Source: an uncultured Spirochaetota bacterium (lineage in GTDB: Bacteria; Spirochaetota; Spirochaetia; SZUA-6; Fen-1364). Taken from it: 64,000 nucleotides of DNA. Position numbers and translations under genes: made by a program. The DNA lies in NCBI GenBank assembly GCA_963781885.1, contig CAWAHW010000002.1:832001-896000 (forward strand), written 5' to 3'. Below the pieces are notes generated by a model. The model was given only the letters and a program-made list of their open reading frames with translations. It had not been told where the DNA came from and ran no database searches. Positions 1 through 9,438 of the stretch are shown piece after piece; within the stretch, counting starts at the first letter, position 1; each line of letters begins with the position of its first letter.

Positions 1-31
1 TCTTCGAGATCCCTTGAAGCTCCAGCCGCAT
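1..31 (-). CDS. N-terminal fragment of a probable ABC transporter ATP-binding protein (runs off the window)
   Basis: Minus strand reads MRLELQGISK, a typical start of sugar/nucleoside ABC ATPases, 14 nt downstream of the BMP gene; only 10 codons visible. Confidence 0.5.
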   Translation of the reverse strand, partial: MRLELQGISK

Positions 32-45
32 CGTCGCGATTTTCG

Positions 46-1113
46 CTACGGCTTCGGGTAGCTCTTCGGATCGACGGAGATCGTACCGGCGATGATGGCT
101 GCCTTGATCGTCTCGATGTCGGCCTTCAGCTTTGCCGGGATCTTGCTGTCGTAGTCGTGGTACGGAGCAATGGCCACGCCCTTGTTGGCGAGCGTCCCGA
201 CGTAGTTGCCGCCCTTGAACGTGCCGTTCAGGGCTTCCGTGGCCGCTTCCTTCACCGAGGCATCGATGCCCTTCATGACGCTGGTGAGGAGCAGGCTTCC
301 GTACTGGGGCGCGGACACGTAGCCGTCCGTATCGACCCAGATCAGGTACACGGGCTTGCTCGGGCTGGCCTGATTGTGCTGCTGCACCGCCGCGGCCGCG
401 CCCAGGCCGACTGACCCTGCCACGGGCAGGATCACGTCTGCGCCCTGGTTCATGAGAGCGGACGTCACCGTCTTGCCCTTTTCCTGGTTGGTGAAGTCGT
501 TGGTGAAGGTCCCCGAGGCGGCGTTGGAATCCCATCCCAGCACCTGCACCTTGGCCTTGTTCTTCTGGTCGTAGTAGCGCACGCCCGCGTCAAAACCGTT
601 CATGAAGATGGTGACCGTCGGGATGTTCATTCCGCCGAAGGATCCCACCTTGCCGGTCTTCGACATGCCTGCGGCCAGATAGCCTGCCAGGAACGCGGCC
701 TGGTCGGTCTGGTAGGTGAGGGCAAGGACGTTCGGCAGCGCCGGGTCGTAGGCATAGTCGACGATGGCGAACTTCTGATTCGGGTTGGCCTTCGCGGCCG
801 CCGCGGTATCATCGCCCATCAGGAAGCCGACGGTGACGATGATATCGGCCTGCTTCGTCACGAACTGCTGGATGTTCGGGGCATAGTCGCTCTGGTTGGT
901 GGACCCGAGGTACTGGATCTGGATGCCCAGGTCCGTCTGCGCCTGCTGCAGCCCGCGCCACGCCGACGCGTTGAATGAGCGGTCATCGATGCCGCCGGTA
1001 TCGGTCACCTCACCCGCGACAAAGCTCGCCGCTGCTTTGGTCGACGCGGCGCCGAGTGCGAGGAACACGCAGACGACGATTGCCGCGAGTGAAAGGATTG
1101 AAACCTTTCTCAT
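46..1113 (-). CDS. BMP/PnrA-family (purine nucleoside-type) ABC substrate-binding protein
   Basis: DTGGIDDRSFNASAW, FLAGYLAA, IWVDTDG and TSVMK motifs; signal peptide MRKVSILSLAAIVV; SD AGGAGG before ATG 1113. Confidence 0.9.
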   Translation of the reverse strand: MRKVSILSLAAIVVCVFLALGAASTKAAASFVAGEVTDTGGIDDRSFNASAWRGLQQAQTDLGIQIQYLGSTNQSDYAPNIQQFVTKQADIIVTVGFLMGDDTAAAAKANPNQKFAIVDYAYDPALPNVLALTYQTDQAAFLAGYLAAGMSKTGKVGSFGGMNIPTVTIFMNGFDAGVRYYDQKNKAKVQVLGWDSNAASGTFTNDFTNQEKGKTVTSALMNQGADVILPVAGSVGLGAAAAVQQHNQASPSKPVYLIWVDTDGYVSAPQYGSLLLTSVMKGIDASVKEAATEALNGTFKGGNYVGTLANKGVAIAPYHDYDSKIPAKLKADIETIKAAIIAGTISVDPKSYPKP

Positions 1114-1236
1114 GGGAACCTCCTTGATCGTTTCAGGAATAGGGGAGCAACCAGAACCGCACCCGACCGCCCCGGCGACGCCGCATCGGTCAAGGGCGAC
1201 CCGCATCTTGTCCTTCTGCCCCCTTTTCCGCCGTGC

Positions 1237-1265
1237 ATTGTAGGGTGGGCATCTGCGCCTGTCAA
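1237..1265 (-). promoter_or_regulatory. sigma70-type promoter for the BMP/ABC operon
   Basis: TTGACA-17 nt-TACAAT on the minus strand. Confidence 0.75.
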
Positions 1266-1281
1266 TGCGCCAAGGGGCTAT

Positions 1282-3324
1282 TCAGCCGAGCAGGGAAAGA
1301 AACTCTGCCTCGCTCACGACCCGCACGCCGAGGCTGCGCGCCTTTTCCAGCTTGCTGCCGGCACCCGCGCCGGCGAGCAGGTGCGTGGTCTTTGCGCTCA
1401 CGGAAGAGGTCACCTTGCCGCCCCGGCGCGCCACCTCCTCCATGGCTTTTTCGCGCGGGGAGAATCCCTCGAAGCTTCCCGTGATGCACCACGTTTGACC
1501 GGAAAAGATCTGGGCAGGGCCGTCGGCCGTGCGGCGCCCCGATTCCTTCATCTGTATGCCGGCCTCCCGGAGGCGTTGAATGCGCGTCCGCACCCCGGGG
1601 CGCCGCAGCTCTTCGATGAGCGTCGCTGCGGTCCGCTCTCCCACGCCGCGGATGGCGAGCAGGGGGGCAGGGTCGCCCGCGTCGGACACGGCGAGCAGGG
1701 AGTCGATGTCGGAAAAGCCCGCCTCGATGAGGATCTCAGCCGCCTTCTGACCGATCTCCGGTATTCCGAGGGCCGGAAGCACGACGTGGAATGGCTTTTC
1801 CCTGCTCTTCTGCAGGCCTTCCTCGATCTGGGCCACCTTCTTGTCGCCGAAGCCGGGCAGCTCCCGCAGCTTCTCCGGATCGAAGGAATAGAGATCTTCC
1901 ACGTTGTGGACCAGCCCGTTCTGGATCAGCGCCTCGATGGTCTCCGGCCCGATGCCTTCGATGTCCATCTGGCCCCTGCCGACGAAGAACACGAGCCTTC
2001 CCTTGACCTGATCGGGGCAATCCGCGTTCGGGCAGAAGTGATGCGCACCCTGGCGTACGAGGCCGGTCGCGCAGGTCGGACACGCAGGCGGCAGCTTCCA
2101 GGTCGTCTCCCCCGTCTCGTTTTTTTCCAGCACCCTCTCCACCGCGGGGATGACATCGCCGCGGCGGGAAACGGCAACGCGGTCGCCAACGGCGAGCTCC
2201 AGCAGGTCGATGTATTCCTGGTTGTGCAGCGTGACGTTGGAGATGGTGGCTCCCGAGATCTTCACCGGCTCCACCCGCGCGACCGGTGTGACGCGACCGG
2301 TGCGGCCTACCTGGACCTCGATTGCCTTCACTGTCGTCACTCCCTCAGGGGACTCGAACTTGTAGGCGATGGCCCATCGCGGGTGATGACCCGTGTAGCC
2401 GAGGCTTTCTCGGACGGCGATCTCATCGACCTTCACCACGATGCCGTCGATCTCGTAGTCCAGGCCCTTCCTCTCGTCACGCTCCGCCTCGAGGAAGGTG
2501 CCGATCTCTCCGAGCGCGCCCGTCTTCCAGGCCGGGTGCCGTCGGGCGACCTCCGCGCGGATCGCATCGTCGGCGAAATATGCCGTCCGCGGGTTGAGCG
2601 GGAGCCCCAGGTCTTTCAGCTCCTCCAGGATTTCAGTATGCGTCGCCCTCTTGTCGGCAAAAAAACCCTCGTAGACAAAGATGCTGAGGGGTATGCCGGC
2701 TGCCTCGCTGCTTTTCACCCTGCGCAGCGTGCCGGAAGCGAGATTGCGCGGGTTTGCGTAGGGGTCCTCCAACGTGGCGTTGATCGTGGAAAAGAGACTG
2801 CGGGCGAGAAACACCTCGCCGCGGACTGCCACCGTCACCGGCCGCGTGAGCCGGAGAGGCACGGTGCCGATTGTCCGGACATTGCCGGTCACGTCGTTTC
2901 CGACGATGCCGTTTCCACGGGTCACCGCTCTCAACAACAGGCCTTTTTCGTAATAGAGCACCATGGAGGCGCCATCGATCTTTTCCTCACAGACGAATGA
3001 AAGCGGGCGGCCGGCATTCCGCTCCGTTTTCGCCATCCAGGCCGTGAGATCCTCCGTCGTGTACGACTTGTCGAGGCTGAGGACGGGAATCGTATGCGCC
3101 ACCTCGGGAAGCTCCTGCGTGATGTCGGAGCCGACGCGCCGGGTCGGCGAATCGGGCAGGGCGAGGTCGGGGTAATCGCGCTCGATCGCGGAGAGCTCGT
3201 CGAAAAGCCCGTCGTATTCCGCATCGGATACCAGCGGCTTGCTTTCCACGAAATAGGCGTGCTGATAGCGCTCGAGGAGGCGTGAGAGCTCTCTGACGCG
3301 CGCGTCCGCTTCCCGGTGGGTCAT
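1282..3324 (-). CDS. ligA: NAD-dependent DNA ligase
   Basis: EEKIDG adenylation motif, TRGNG, NPRN, IDGIVVK, AIAYKF, C4 Zn finger, C-terminal BRCT. Confidence 0.97.
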   Translation of the reverse strand: MTHREADARVRELSRLLERYQHAYFVESKPLVSDAEYDGLFDELSAIERDYPDLALPDSPTRRVGSDITQELPEVAHTIPVLSLDKSYTTEDLTAWMAKTERNAGRPLSFVCEEKIDGASMVLYYEKGLLLRAVTRGNGIVGNDVTGNVRTIGTVPLRLTRPVTVAVRGEVFLARSLFSTINATLEDPYANPRNLASGTLRRVKSSEAAGIPLSIFVYEGFFADKRATHTEILEELKDLGLPLNPRTAYFADDAIRAEVARRHPAWKTGALGEIGTFLEAERDERKGLDYEIDGIVVKVDEIAVRESLGYTGHHPRWAIAYKFESPEGVTTVKAIEVQVGRTGRVTPVARVEPVKISGATISNVTLHNQEYIDLLELAVGDRVAVSRRGDVIPAVERVLEKNETGETTWKLPPACPTCATGLVRQGAHHFCPNADCPDQVKGRLVFFVGRGQMDIEGIGPETIEALIQNGLVHNVEDLYSFDPEKLRELPGFGDKKVAQIEEGLQKSREKPFHVVLPALGIPEIGQKAAEILIEAGFSDIDSLLAVSDAGDPAPLLAIRGVGERTAATLIEELRRPGVRTRIQRLREAGIQMKESGRRTADGPAQIFSGQTWCITGSFEGFSPREKAMEEVARRGGKVTSSVSAKTTHLLAGAGAGSKLEKARSLGVRVVSEAEFLSLLG

Positions 3325-3345
3325 CTCCGCCGCGGCCGGGTTCCG

Positions 3346-5370
3346 CTACTCCTGCTGGAGGAATGCGTCAGGGAAGCCGCGGTAGCGGAACCAGGTGAGC
3401 AGCGTCCCGCTTTCGGCCCTGTTGAGCGGACCGATGACGACCCTGAATATCGGCGTGCCGGAGCCCGCAGGACCCTGGACGAGGGCAGGGTAGGTGGCGG
3501 CCAGCTTTGCCGCCAGGTCGCGAGCCATCTTCTCCGCGGCGTATGCCCCGAGCTGCAGGAAATACGTATCGGCCTTGCCGCTGCGCGGGAGGGATGCGAC
3601 CACCGTGACGGGAGGCGCCGCCGGTGTTGCCGTGCCGGCGGAAGAAGCCGCCGCCGCTGCAACGGTCGTTGCCGCCGCGGGGGTCTTTGTGGCGGTTGTG
3701 GACGCTGTCGTTGCCACGGGGCTCGTAACGGCGGCCGTCGCGGGCACCTGTATCGGCGGCGGCTCGGGAGCCGCCATTGCGAGCCTCGGCGCCGGGGACG
3801 ACGGCGGGAGCACGCCGGGATCTGTCACGTCCGTCTGGACCGGTTCGGGCACGACCGGCGCCTGCTGCTCGGGAGCCGGTTCGGGCGCCGCAAGGGCGAT
3901 GGCGGCCGGCTGCTGCGCCGCGGGCGGGTTTGCCTCCGTGCCCACGATCTCCGTGGCCATGGACTCTTCCGGGGCTGCCGGCTCGGCGAGCGCAACCGCG
4001 GGGCTCTGCGTACCGGCGCCGGCGGCCGCCGTGGTATCCGTGCCGACGATCTCAAGCGGCTGCGATTCGTCGGGCGCAATCGCGTCGGTCATCGCCACGG
4101 CAGAGGGAGCCGCGGCAGGCGGCGCCGCCGGCTGGTCGCTCACGTCGGTCTGGACGGGTTCCGTGACGGCAGGCGCCTGAGTCTCCGGCAGCGGCTCGGG
4201 TGCGGCAAGCGCAACCTCGGCGGAGGGCTGTGCGGCGGGTGCGGAGGTCGGATTGGTGCCGACGATCTCCAGCGGCTGCGAGTCCTCGGGCGCCAATGCA
4301 TCGGGCAGGGCAATTGTCGGCTCTGCGGCGACCGGTGCAGGGGCGGGCTTTTCGTCGACGGAGGTGATCTGGGGAGGCGCGGGCTGCGCGGGCGTCGCCA
4401 CGGGGGTCTGCGTATTTTGCGGTGCAGCGGTTGCGACTGCCGTCTGGGTGGTCTCCGCGGGCTTCTTATAGGCGAATTTCTGGTCCTCACGGGGCGGCTG
4501 GAATACCTGCTTCTGGGGGAGCCGCGCGGCGGCCGCGGCAACAATCGCCGCATTCTGGGCATCTGCGGCAGCGGCTTGCTGTCGCGCCGCTTCGGCCTGC
4601 GCGGCAGCCTGGGCTGCAGATTGCGCCGCCGCCTGTATCGCGGCCGTGTCAACGGGGGTCTGCACCGGGGTCGCGGGGGGCGCTGCCTGCTGCGGCGCCG
4701 GCGCAGGCTCGACGGGCGCGCTCAACTGCGGTTGCGGAGCGGCAGGAGTTGCAGGTGCCGTGGGGCCGGGCAGGCTGGCATCGACCGGTTGGGGCGTCTG
4801 TGCCGCGGCCTGATCGGGCTGTTTGGTCGCATCAGGAGGCAAGGGGCTCGTCGGAGCCGGGGTTTCCGGGGCGGCTTGGCTGGCTGCTGCGGTTGCCGGG
4901 GCCTGGCTGCTTGCCGCCTGGGTCGACTGCGCCGCGCCGCTCGCCGTGCTTGAGGCGGCCTGGGTGACGTTGCCATACACGGCCCCGGGATTGAGGTCGG
5001 GGTCCATGCTGATCGTCTGCTCGCCGGTGCCGGCGGCTGACGCGGCCGGGGCGCGCGCGGCAATCGTGACACGGACACGGGCGAGCGTTCCCTGGCTGAT
5101 CCCCAAAGCCGCGGCGGTCATGGGGGAGAGGAGGACGAGGATGTCCGGCTGGCCGTCGATCTGTTTGGTAATCGTGGCAGTCGTCGATTTGCCGGAATCG
5201 AGATTCTCGATGGCGATCTGGGTGTCTTGCGGAAAGGAGTTCGAAGCGGCATACATGCCGCCCTCGAAGGTGGCATCGCCCCTCTGAAGCGCCGCGTTCC
5301 CGTCCCAGAAGCTCGCCGCGGACGCAAGGACAGGGACGAGGAGCAGGCAGAGGCTGATCCATCTCTTCAT
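3346..5370 (-). CDS. Secreted protein: RlpA-like N-terminal domain, long Ala/Pro-rich linker, C-terminal SPOR domain
   Basis: Signal peptide; YAASNSFPQDTQIAIENLDSGKS...LLSPMTAAALG (RlpA/DPBB-like); C-terminal YFLQLGAY...FRVVIGP...FPDAF (SPOR). Confidence 0.8.
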   Translation of the reverse strand: MKRWISLCLLLVPVLASAASFWDGNAALQRGDATFEGGMYAASNSFPQDTQIAIENLDSGKSTTATITKQIDGQPDILVLLSPMTAAALGISQGTLARVRVTIAARAPAASAAGTGEQTISMDPDLNPGAVYGNVTQAASSTASGAAQSTQAASSQAPATAAASQAAPETPAPTSPLPPDATKQPDQAAAQTPQPVDASLPGPTAPATPAAPQPQLSAPVEPAPAPQQAAPPATPVQTPVDTAAIQAAAQSAAQAAAQAEAARQQAAAADAQNAAIVAAAAARLPQKQVFQPPREDQKFAYKKPAETTQTAVATAAPQNTQTPVATPAQPAPPQITSVDEKPAPAPVAAEPTIALPDALAPEDSQPLEIVGTNPTSAPAAQPSAEVALAAPEPLPETQAPAVTEPVQTDVSDQPAAPPAAAPSAVAMTDAIAPDESQPLEIVGTDTTAAAGAGTQSPAVALAEPAAPEESMATEIVGTEANPPAAQQPAAIALAAPEPAPEQQAPVVPEPVQTDVTDPGVLPPSSPAPRLAMAAPEPPPIQVPATAAVTSPVATTASTTATKTPAAATTVAAAAASSAGTATPAAPPVTVVASLPRSGKADTYFLQLGAYAAEKMARDLAAKLAATYPALVQGPAGSGTPIFRVVIGPLNRAESGTLLTWFRYRGFPDAFLQQE
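3820..4294 (-). repeat. Internal peptide repeats in the SPOR protein linker
   Basis: EIVGT occurs three times, ALAAPEP...EPVQTDV twice. Confidence 0.75.
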
Positions 5371-5500
5371 ACGATAGTTCTCCTCCCTTTATGATCGGAC
5401 AAAAAGGGAAGGGTCTGACCATATTTTTCCCCGCGCATGGTCACCACTCTTCTATGATAGCAAAGTTTCGGGCCGCAAGCGAGAGCGATCTTTTCGCCCG

Positions 5501-6007
5501 TCATGGGGACGGAACCCGGGCCGCAAGGGCATTGCTGACCTCTTCGGCAATGGGAGCGGCGATCGCCGCTCCCAGCGCCGCCCTGTCCATGTCACGCTCG
5601 TGACCGTTGTTTGACCCGTCGCGCGACCCGGAAACGATCACCGCTCCGGTGCCCGTCGCGACGAGGCTCCAGGTGACATGCACCGCGATCCCGGTGGTCC
5701 CGCCGGCCGGCGTGTCCGTGTAGTCGGCCTGCGCCGTGAGAATCAGGTCCGCGCCGGCGCTCTGTGCCAGTCGGGACAGCTCTGGCCCGCTCGCGGCCGG
5801 AGTGACCCCCGGAAGGTCGAATACAATGACGCCGGCATCGAAGAGGCGCGCGGCAAGGCCTTCGCCCAGGGGCAGGGGAGCGCTGAGGGGGTGCCCGCCG
5901 ACGGTCTCCTGAATTGCAAGCAGTATCGTCTGCGCCGTGGCGGGAACCGCTGCGCCCCAGGATGCGGCGAAGATCGCGGCAAAGAGAAAAATGCGCACTC
6001 CCTTCAT
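5501..6007 (-). CDS. Hypothetical secreted protein
   Basis: Signal-like MKGVRIFLFAAIFAASWGAAVPATAQ; fills the gap between the SPOR gene and wzz; start uncertain. Confidence 0.65.
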   Translation of the reverse strand: MKGVRIFLFAAIFAASWGAAVPATAQTILLAIQETVGGHPLSAPLPLGEGLAARLFDAGVIVFDLPGVTPAASGPELSRLAQSAGADLILTAQADYTDTPAGGTTGIAVHVTWSLVATGTGAVIVSGSRDGSNNGHERDMDRAALGAAIAAPIAEEVSNALAARVPSP

Positions 6008-6087
6008 GCATACCATTGTCGGCATCGCCACCCATACGCCGTGGGCTTGATGAAGCACCCCCACGATGATACGTTTCTGGTATACTT

Positions 6088-7368
6088 ATGAATGATATGA
6101 ACAACAACGACCGCGCCGGCCCCGAGCGCCCGGATGACACCATCTCGTTGCTCGATCTCATCGCGGTCGTCGTCAGACGGCGTTGGATGATCATCATCAT
6201 CACGGCGATTGTTGCGCTGGTGACACTAGGCGTGCTGGTTGCGTCAATTGTCCTGCCCCCCACGTCGAGATGGAACTATTTTCCTACCAAGTTCAAGCCT
6301 ACGGTGAAAGTCCTCGTCCAGGACTCTTCCGCATCCAGCAGCCTCGCATCGGCGCTGAACCAGTCGGGGCTGAGCGCGCTTTCCGGGCTGCTCGGATCGA
6401 GCGGTCTCGCGACGCACGGCACAAGCGCGGATCTTGCCCAGGCATTGCTGAAGAGCAAGATCGTCGAGGATGGCGTCGCGGAGAAGTTCGACTTCGCCAA
6501 CCGCTACAAGATCAAGATGAATCCGAAGACGTCGGCGCGGAAGATTTTCGAGAGCTCTCTGAAGGTGAAATACGATGACAAGAGCGGCATCCTCGAGATC
6601 GGCTATGAGGACATCGACCGGGTATTCGCGACGGGCGTCATCAACGACGTCGCCGATCGGCTGCAGGACGAGTTCCGCCGGCTGACCCTTGAGAAGGTGA
6701 TCACGAAGAGGGATTACCTTGAAAACGCCGTCGCGGAGACGGAAAAGGAAGCGGCCGCCACGTCCGCCCAGCTCGTTGCATTCCAGAACAAATACCAGAT
6801 CTACGATCTGACCGCGCAGGCACAGTCGAATATCGCGGCGTATGCCAACGTGCAGGCCGAGCTTGTGCAAAGGCAGATGGACCTGGACCTGCAGCGCAAG
6901 TATCTCCCCGAGACGGATACGCACATCGTCCTTCTCAAGGACCAGATCGCGCAGCTCCAGAAGCAGCTGGAGCAGATGAAGGGCGTTGCGGGGGATTCCT
7001 CCGCCGGCGGCGCCGTCACCTTGTCGCGTCTTCCCCAGTTGTCCGTACAGTACCTCAACCTCCAGCGCGACGTGCAAGGTGAACAGGCGATCCTGACGGT
7101 GCTGAAGCAGCAATACGAGACGGCAAAGCTGGAGGAGATGGATACCTCGCAGACATTCCAGGTGGTGGAAAAGGCCGAGGTGCCGGAAGTGCGCTCGGCG
7201 CCGAGTCGGTCGAAGACCGAGATCATCGCGACCCTCATCGGATTTTTCATCGCCGTGCTCGCGGCTTTTGTCGCGGAGTACTTCGAGCGCGCACGGCGCG
7301 ACCCCGTGGAAGCGGAAAAGCTCGCCGCGATCCGCGCGTCGTTCCGGGGCGAAGGCAGGCGTCGCTAG
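6088..7368 (+). CDS. Wzz/GumC-type polysaccharide chain-length determinant (no kinase domain)
   Basis: ISLLDLIAVVVRRRWMII N-terminus, TM1, coiled-coil periplasmic region, VVEKAEVPEVRSAPSR Pro motif, TM2. Confidence 0.85.
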   Translation: MNDMNNNDRAGPERPDDTISLLDLIAVVVRRRWMIIIITAIVALVTLGVLVASIVLPPTSRWNYFPTKFKPTVKVLVQDSSASSSLASALNQSGLSALSGLLGSSGLATHGTSADLAQALLKSKIVEDGVAEKFDFANRYKIKMNPKTSARKIFESSLKVKYDDKSGILEIGYEDIDRVFATGVINDVADRLQDEFRRLTLEKVITKRDYLENAVAETEKEAAATSAQLVAFQNKYQIYDLTAQAQSNIAAYANVQAELVQRQMDLDLQRKYLPETDTHIVLLKDQIAQLQKQLEQMKGVAGDSSAGGAVTLSRLPQLSVQYLNLQRDVQGEQAILTVLKQQYETAKLEEMDTSQTFQVVEKAEVPEVRSAPSRSKTEIIATLIGFFIAVLAAFVAEYFERARRDPVEAEKLAAIRASFRGEGRRR

Positions 7369-7392
7369 GACGCGCCCGCCGACAGGACCCAG

Positions 7393-7929
7393 ATGGCCTT
7401 CTACGCGCTGCAGGTCTGGACGGGGAATGAGGATCGGTTCCGCGCTTTTGCGGAGAGATGGCTGTCCGGCCACGAGGCGGAGGTGTTCTGGCCGCGCAGG
7501 AGCCTGCGTATCCGCAAGGCGGGGACGTGGCGCGACACGGTTGCCGCGATATTTCCCGGTTACCTTTTCCTGCAGACCCAGGAGGTCACCCCTTCCCTCT
7601 ATGCCGATGTGAAGAGGACCCCCGGCTTTGTCCGTTTCCTTCCCTCCAATGACGCGGTTGCCCCGATGGATCGCGCGGACCAGGACCTCCTGGGACATTT
7701 CCTCAGCTTCGGGGAGATCGTGAAGAAATCGACCGCCTTCTTCGACGAAAACCACCGCATCCGCATCGTGGCCGGTCCGCTGAAGAATCTCGAGGGAAGG
7801 ATCGTCCGCGTGGACCGGCGCAAGGGAAGGGCCCGCGTGCGCCTGGAGCTGTACGAGGACTCCTTCGAGGTGGACTTCGGTTTCGAGGCCCTCGACGCGG
7901 CCCCCCGCCCCCCGTCGTCCGTGTCATGA
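7393..7929 (+). CDS. NusG paralogue, LoaP/UpxY-like transcription antiterminator
   Basis: FYALQVWTGNE, IFPGYLF (NGN domain), IRIVAGPLKNLEGRIVRVDRRKGRARV (KOW); the canonical nusG is at 21337. Confidence 0.85.
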   Translation: MAFYALQVWTGNEDRFRAFAERWLSGHEAEVFWPRRSLRIRKAGTWRDTVAAIFPGYLFLQTQEVTPSLYADVKRTPGFVRFLPSNDAVAPMDRADQDLLGHFLSFGEIVKKSTAFFDENHRIRIVAGPLKNLEGRIVRVDRRKGRARVRLELYEDSFEVDFGFEALDAAPRPPSSVS

Positions 7930-7959
7930 AGCGCGCGAATCGATCCGACATTCATTGTA

Positions 7960-9438
7960 GTGGCGGACGAATCGCGAACGAAAATCTACATCATCGGCGC
8001 CGGCTTCACGGGAACCACGATCGCCGCGGAGATACGCGCGAAGCGGGTCTTCGGTCACGTCGTCGCTTTTCTCGATGACGACCCGGCCAAGGTCGGCTCG
8101 GAGATCGACGGCATCCCGGTGCTCGGGCCGATCGAGGCCGTTGCCCGCATCCTGACGACAACCCCGGCCGACGAGGCGATCATCGCCATTCCCGGGGCGA
8201 CCCGCGAGCAGCTCGCGCGCATCTACGCCACCCTCCGCCGGGCGCGCTTCGCGCGCATCCGCATCGTGCCGCAGGTTTCACAGGTCCTCGACGGCGAGGC
8301 GCACCTCATCCAGGCGCGCGAGATCGATCCCGAGGACTTCCTCGCGCGCAGCCCCGTGCGGGTGAACCTGAAAAAGAGCCTCGCGTACCTGCGCGGCAAG
8401 CGCGTGCTCGTGTCGGGCGCGGGGGGGAGCATCGGGTCGGAGCTGTGCCGGCAGCTCCTCGAAGGGGGCGCCGAACGGCTCTACCTTTTCGGTCACGGCG
8501 AGAACAGCATCTACGAGATCGAGCGCGAGCTGCGCCTCCTCCAGGGGGCAGGGGTGGGGGAGAAGGCGACGATCGTCCCCATCATCGGGGAGCTGCAGGA
8601 CCGGGACTACCTCCAGTTCATCCTGTCGCGCACGCGGGCGAATGTCGTCTTCCACGCCGCCGCCCACAAGCACGTGCCTCTCATGGAGTCCAATCCCGTG
8701 GAGGCCGTGAAGAACAACGTGTTCGGCACGAAGAATATCGTGGAGGCGGCGAAGAAGGGCGGCGCGGAGCGCTTCGTGCTCATCTCCACGGACAAGGCCG
8801 TCGACCCGCGCAGCGTGTACGGCGCCTCCAAGCTGCTGGCAGAAGAGATCGTGCTGCGCGAAGGAAAGGGCGGGCACCACTACCTTGTCGTGCGCTTCGG
8901 AAATGTGCTGGGCTCGCGCGGAAGCATCCTTCCCCTGTTCAGACGCCAGATCCTCACCGGTGGGCCCGTCACCGTCACGCATCCCGAGACGCGGCGCTAT
9001 TTCATGACGATACCCGAGGCGTCCTCTCTCGTGCTGAAGGCGGGGGGCGTGGGCGCCGGCGGCGAGGTCTATCTCCTGGACATGGGGGAGAGCGTTTCCA
9101 TCAAGGAGCTCGCCGAGCAGATGATACGCTTCTACGGTTTTGAGCCTGGTGTGGACATCCCCATTGCCTATACGGGTCTTCGCAAGGGGGAAAAGCTCCT
9201 GGAGAACCTGCACGCGGAGTCGGAGACGCCTGAGCCCACGGAGCACCCGAAGATCCTCAAGCTGCGCCGAAAGACCCTCATCAACGGCAGGATCGTCTCC
9301 GTGCTGGAAAGGCTGCGTCCCATCTGCTACCGCGACCCGGAATGCCCGGCCGTGTTCCGCAACCGCAGGGCGCTGCGCTCGATACTCGAAGAGGTCATCC
9401 CCGGCATAGGACCCACTCATGAAGAACCAGAGTTCTAG
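7960..9438 (+). CDS. CapD/PglF-type UDP-GlcNAc 4,6-dehydratase lacking the N-terminal TM region
   Basis: GAGGSIGSELCRQ, HAAAHKHVP, ISTDKAV, YGASK, VRFGNVLGSRGS, GEKL motifs. Confidence 0.92.
   Translation: MADESRTKIYIIGAGFTGTTIAAEIRAKRVFGHVVAFLDDDPAKVGSEIDGIPVLGPIEAVARILTTTPADEAIIAIPGATREQLARIYATLRRARFARIRIVPQVSQVLDGEAHLIQAREIDPEDFLARSPVRVNLKKSLAYLRGKRVLVSGAGGSIGSELCRQLLEGGAERLYLFGHGENSIYEIERELRLLQGAGVGEKATIVPIIGELQDRDYLQFILSRTRANVVFHAAAHKHVPLMESNPVEAVKNNVFGTKNIVEAAKKGGAERFVLISTDKAVDPRSVYGASKLLAEEIVLREGKGGHHYLVVRFGNVLGSRGSILPLFRRQILTGGPVTVTHPETRRYFMTIPEASSLVLKAGGVGAGGEVYLLDMGESVSIKELAEQMIRFYGFEPGVDIPIAYTGLRKGEKLLENLHAESETPEPTEHPKILKLRRKTLINGRIVSVLERLRPICYRDPECPAVFRNRRALRSILEEVIPGIGPTHEEPEF

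Noticed and set aside
1114-1236. Canonical purine riboswitch
   Set aside because: Conserved core (TTTCTACC junction and loop-loop kissing sequences) not found
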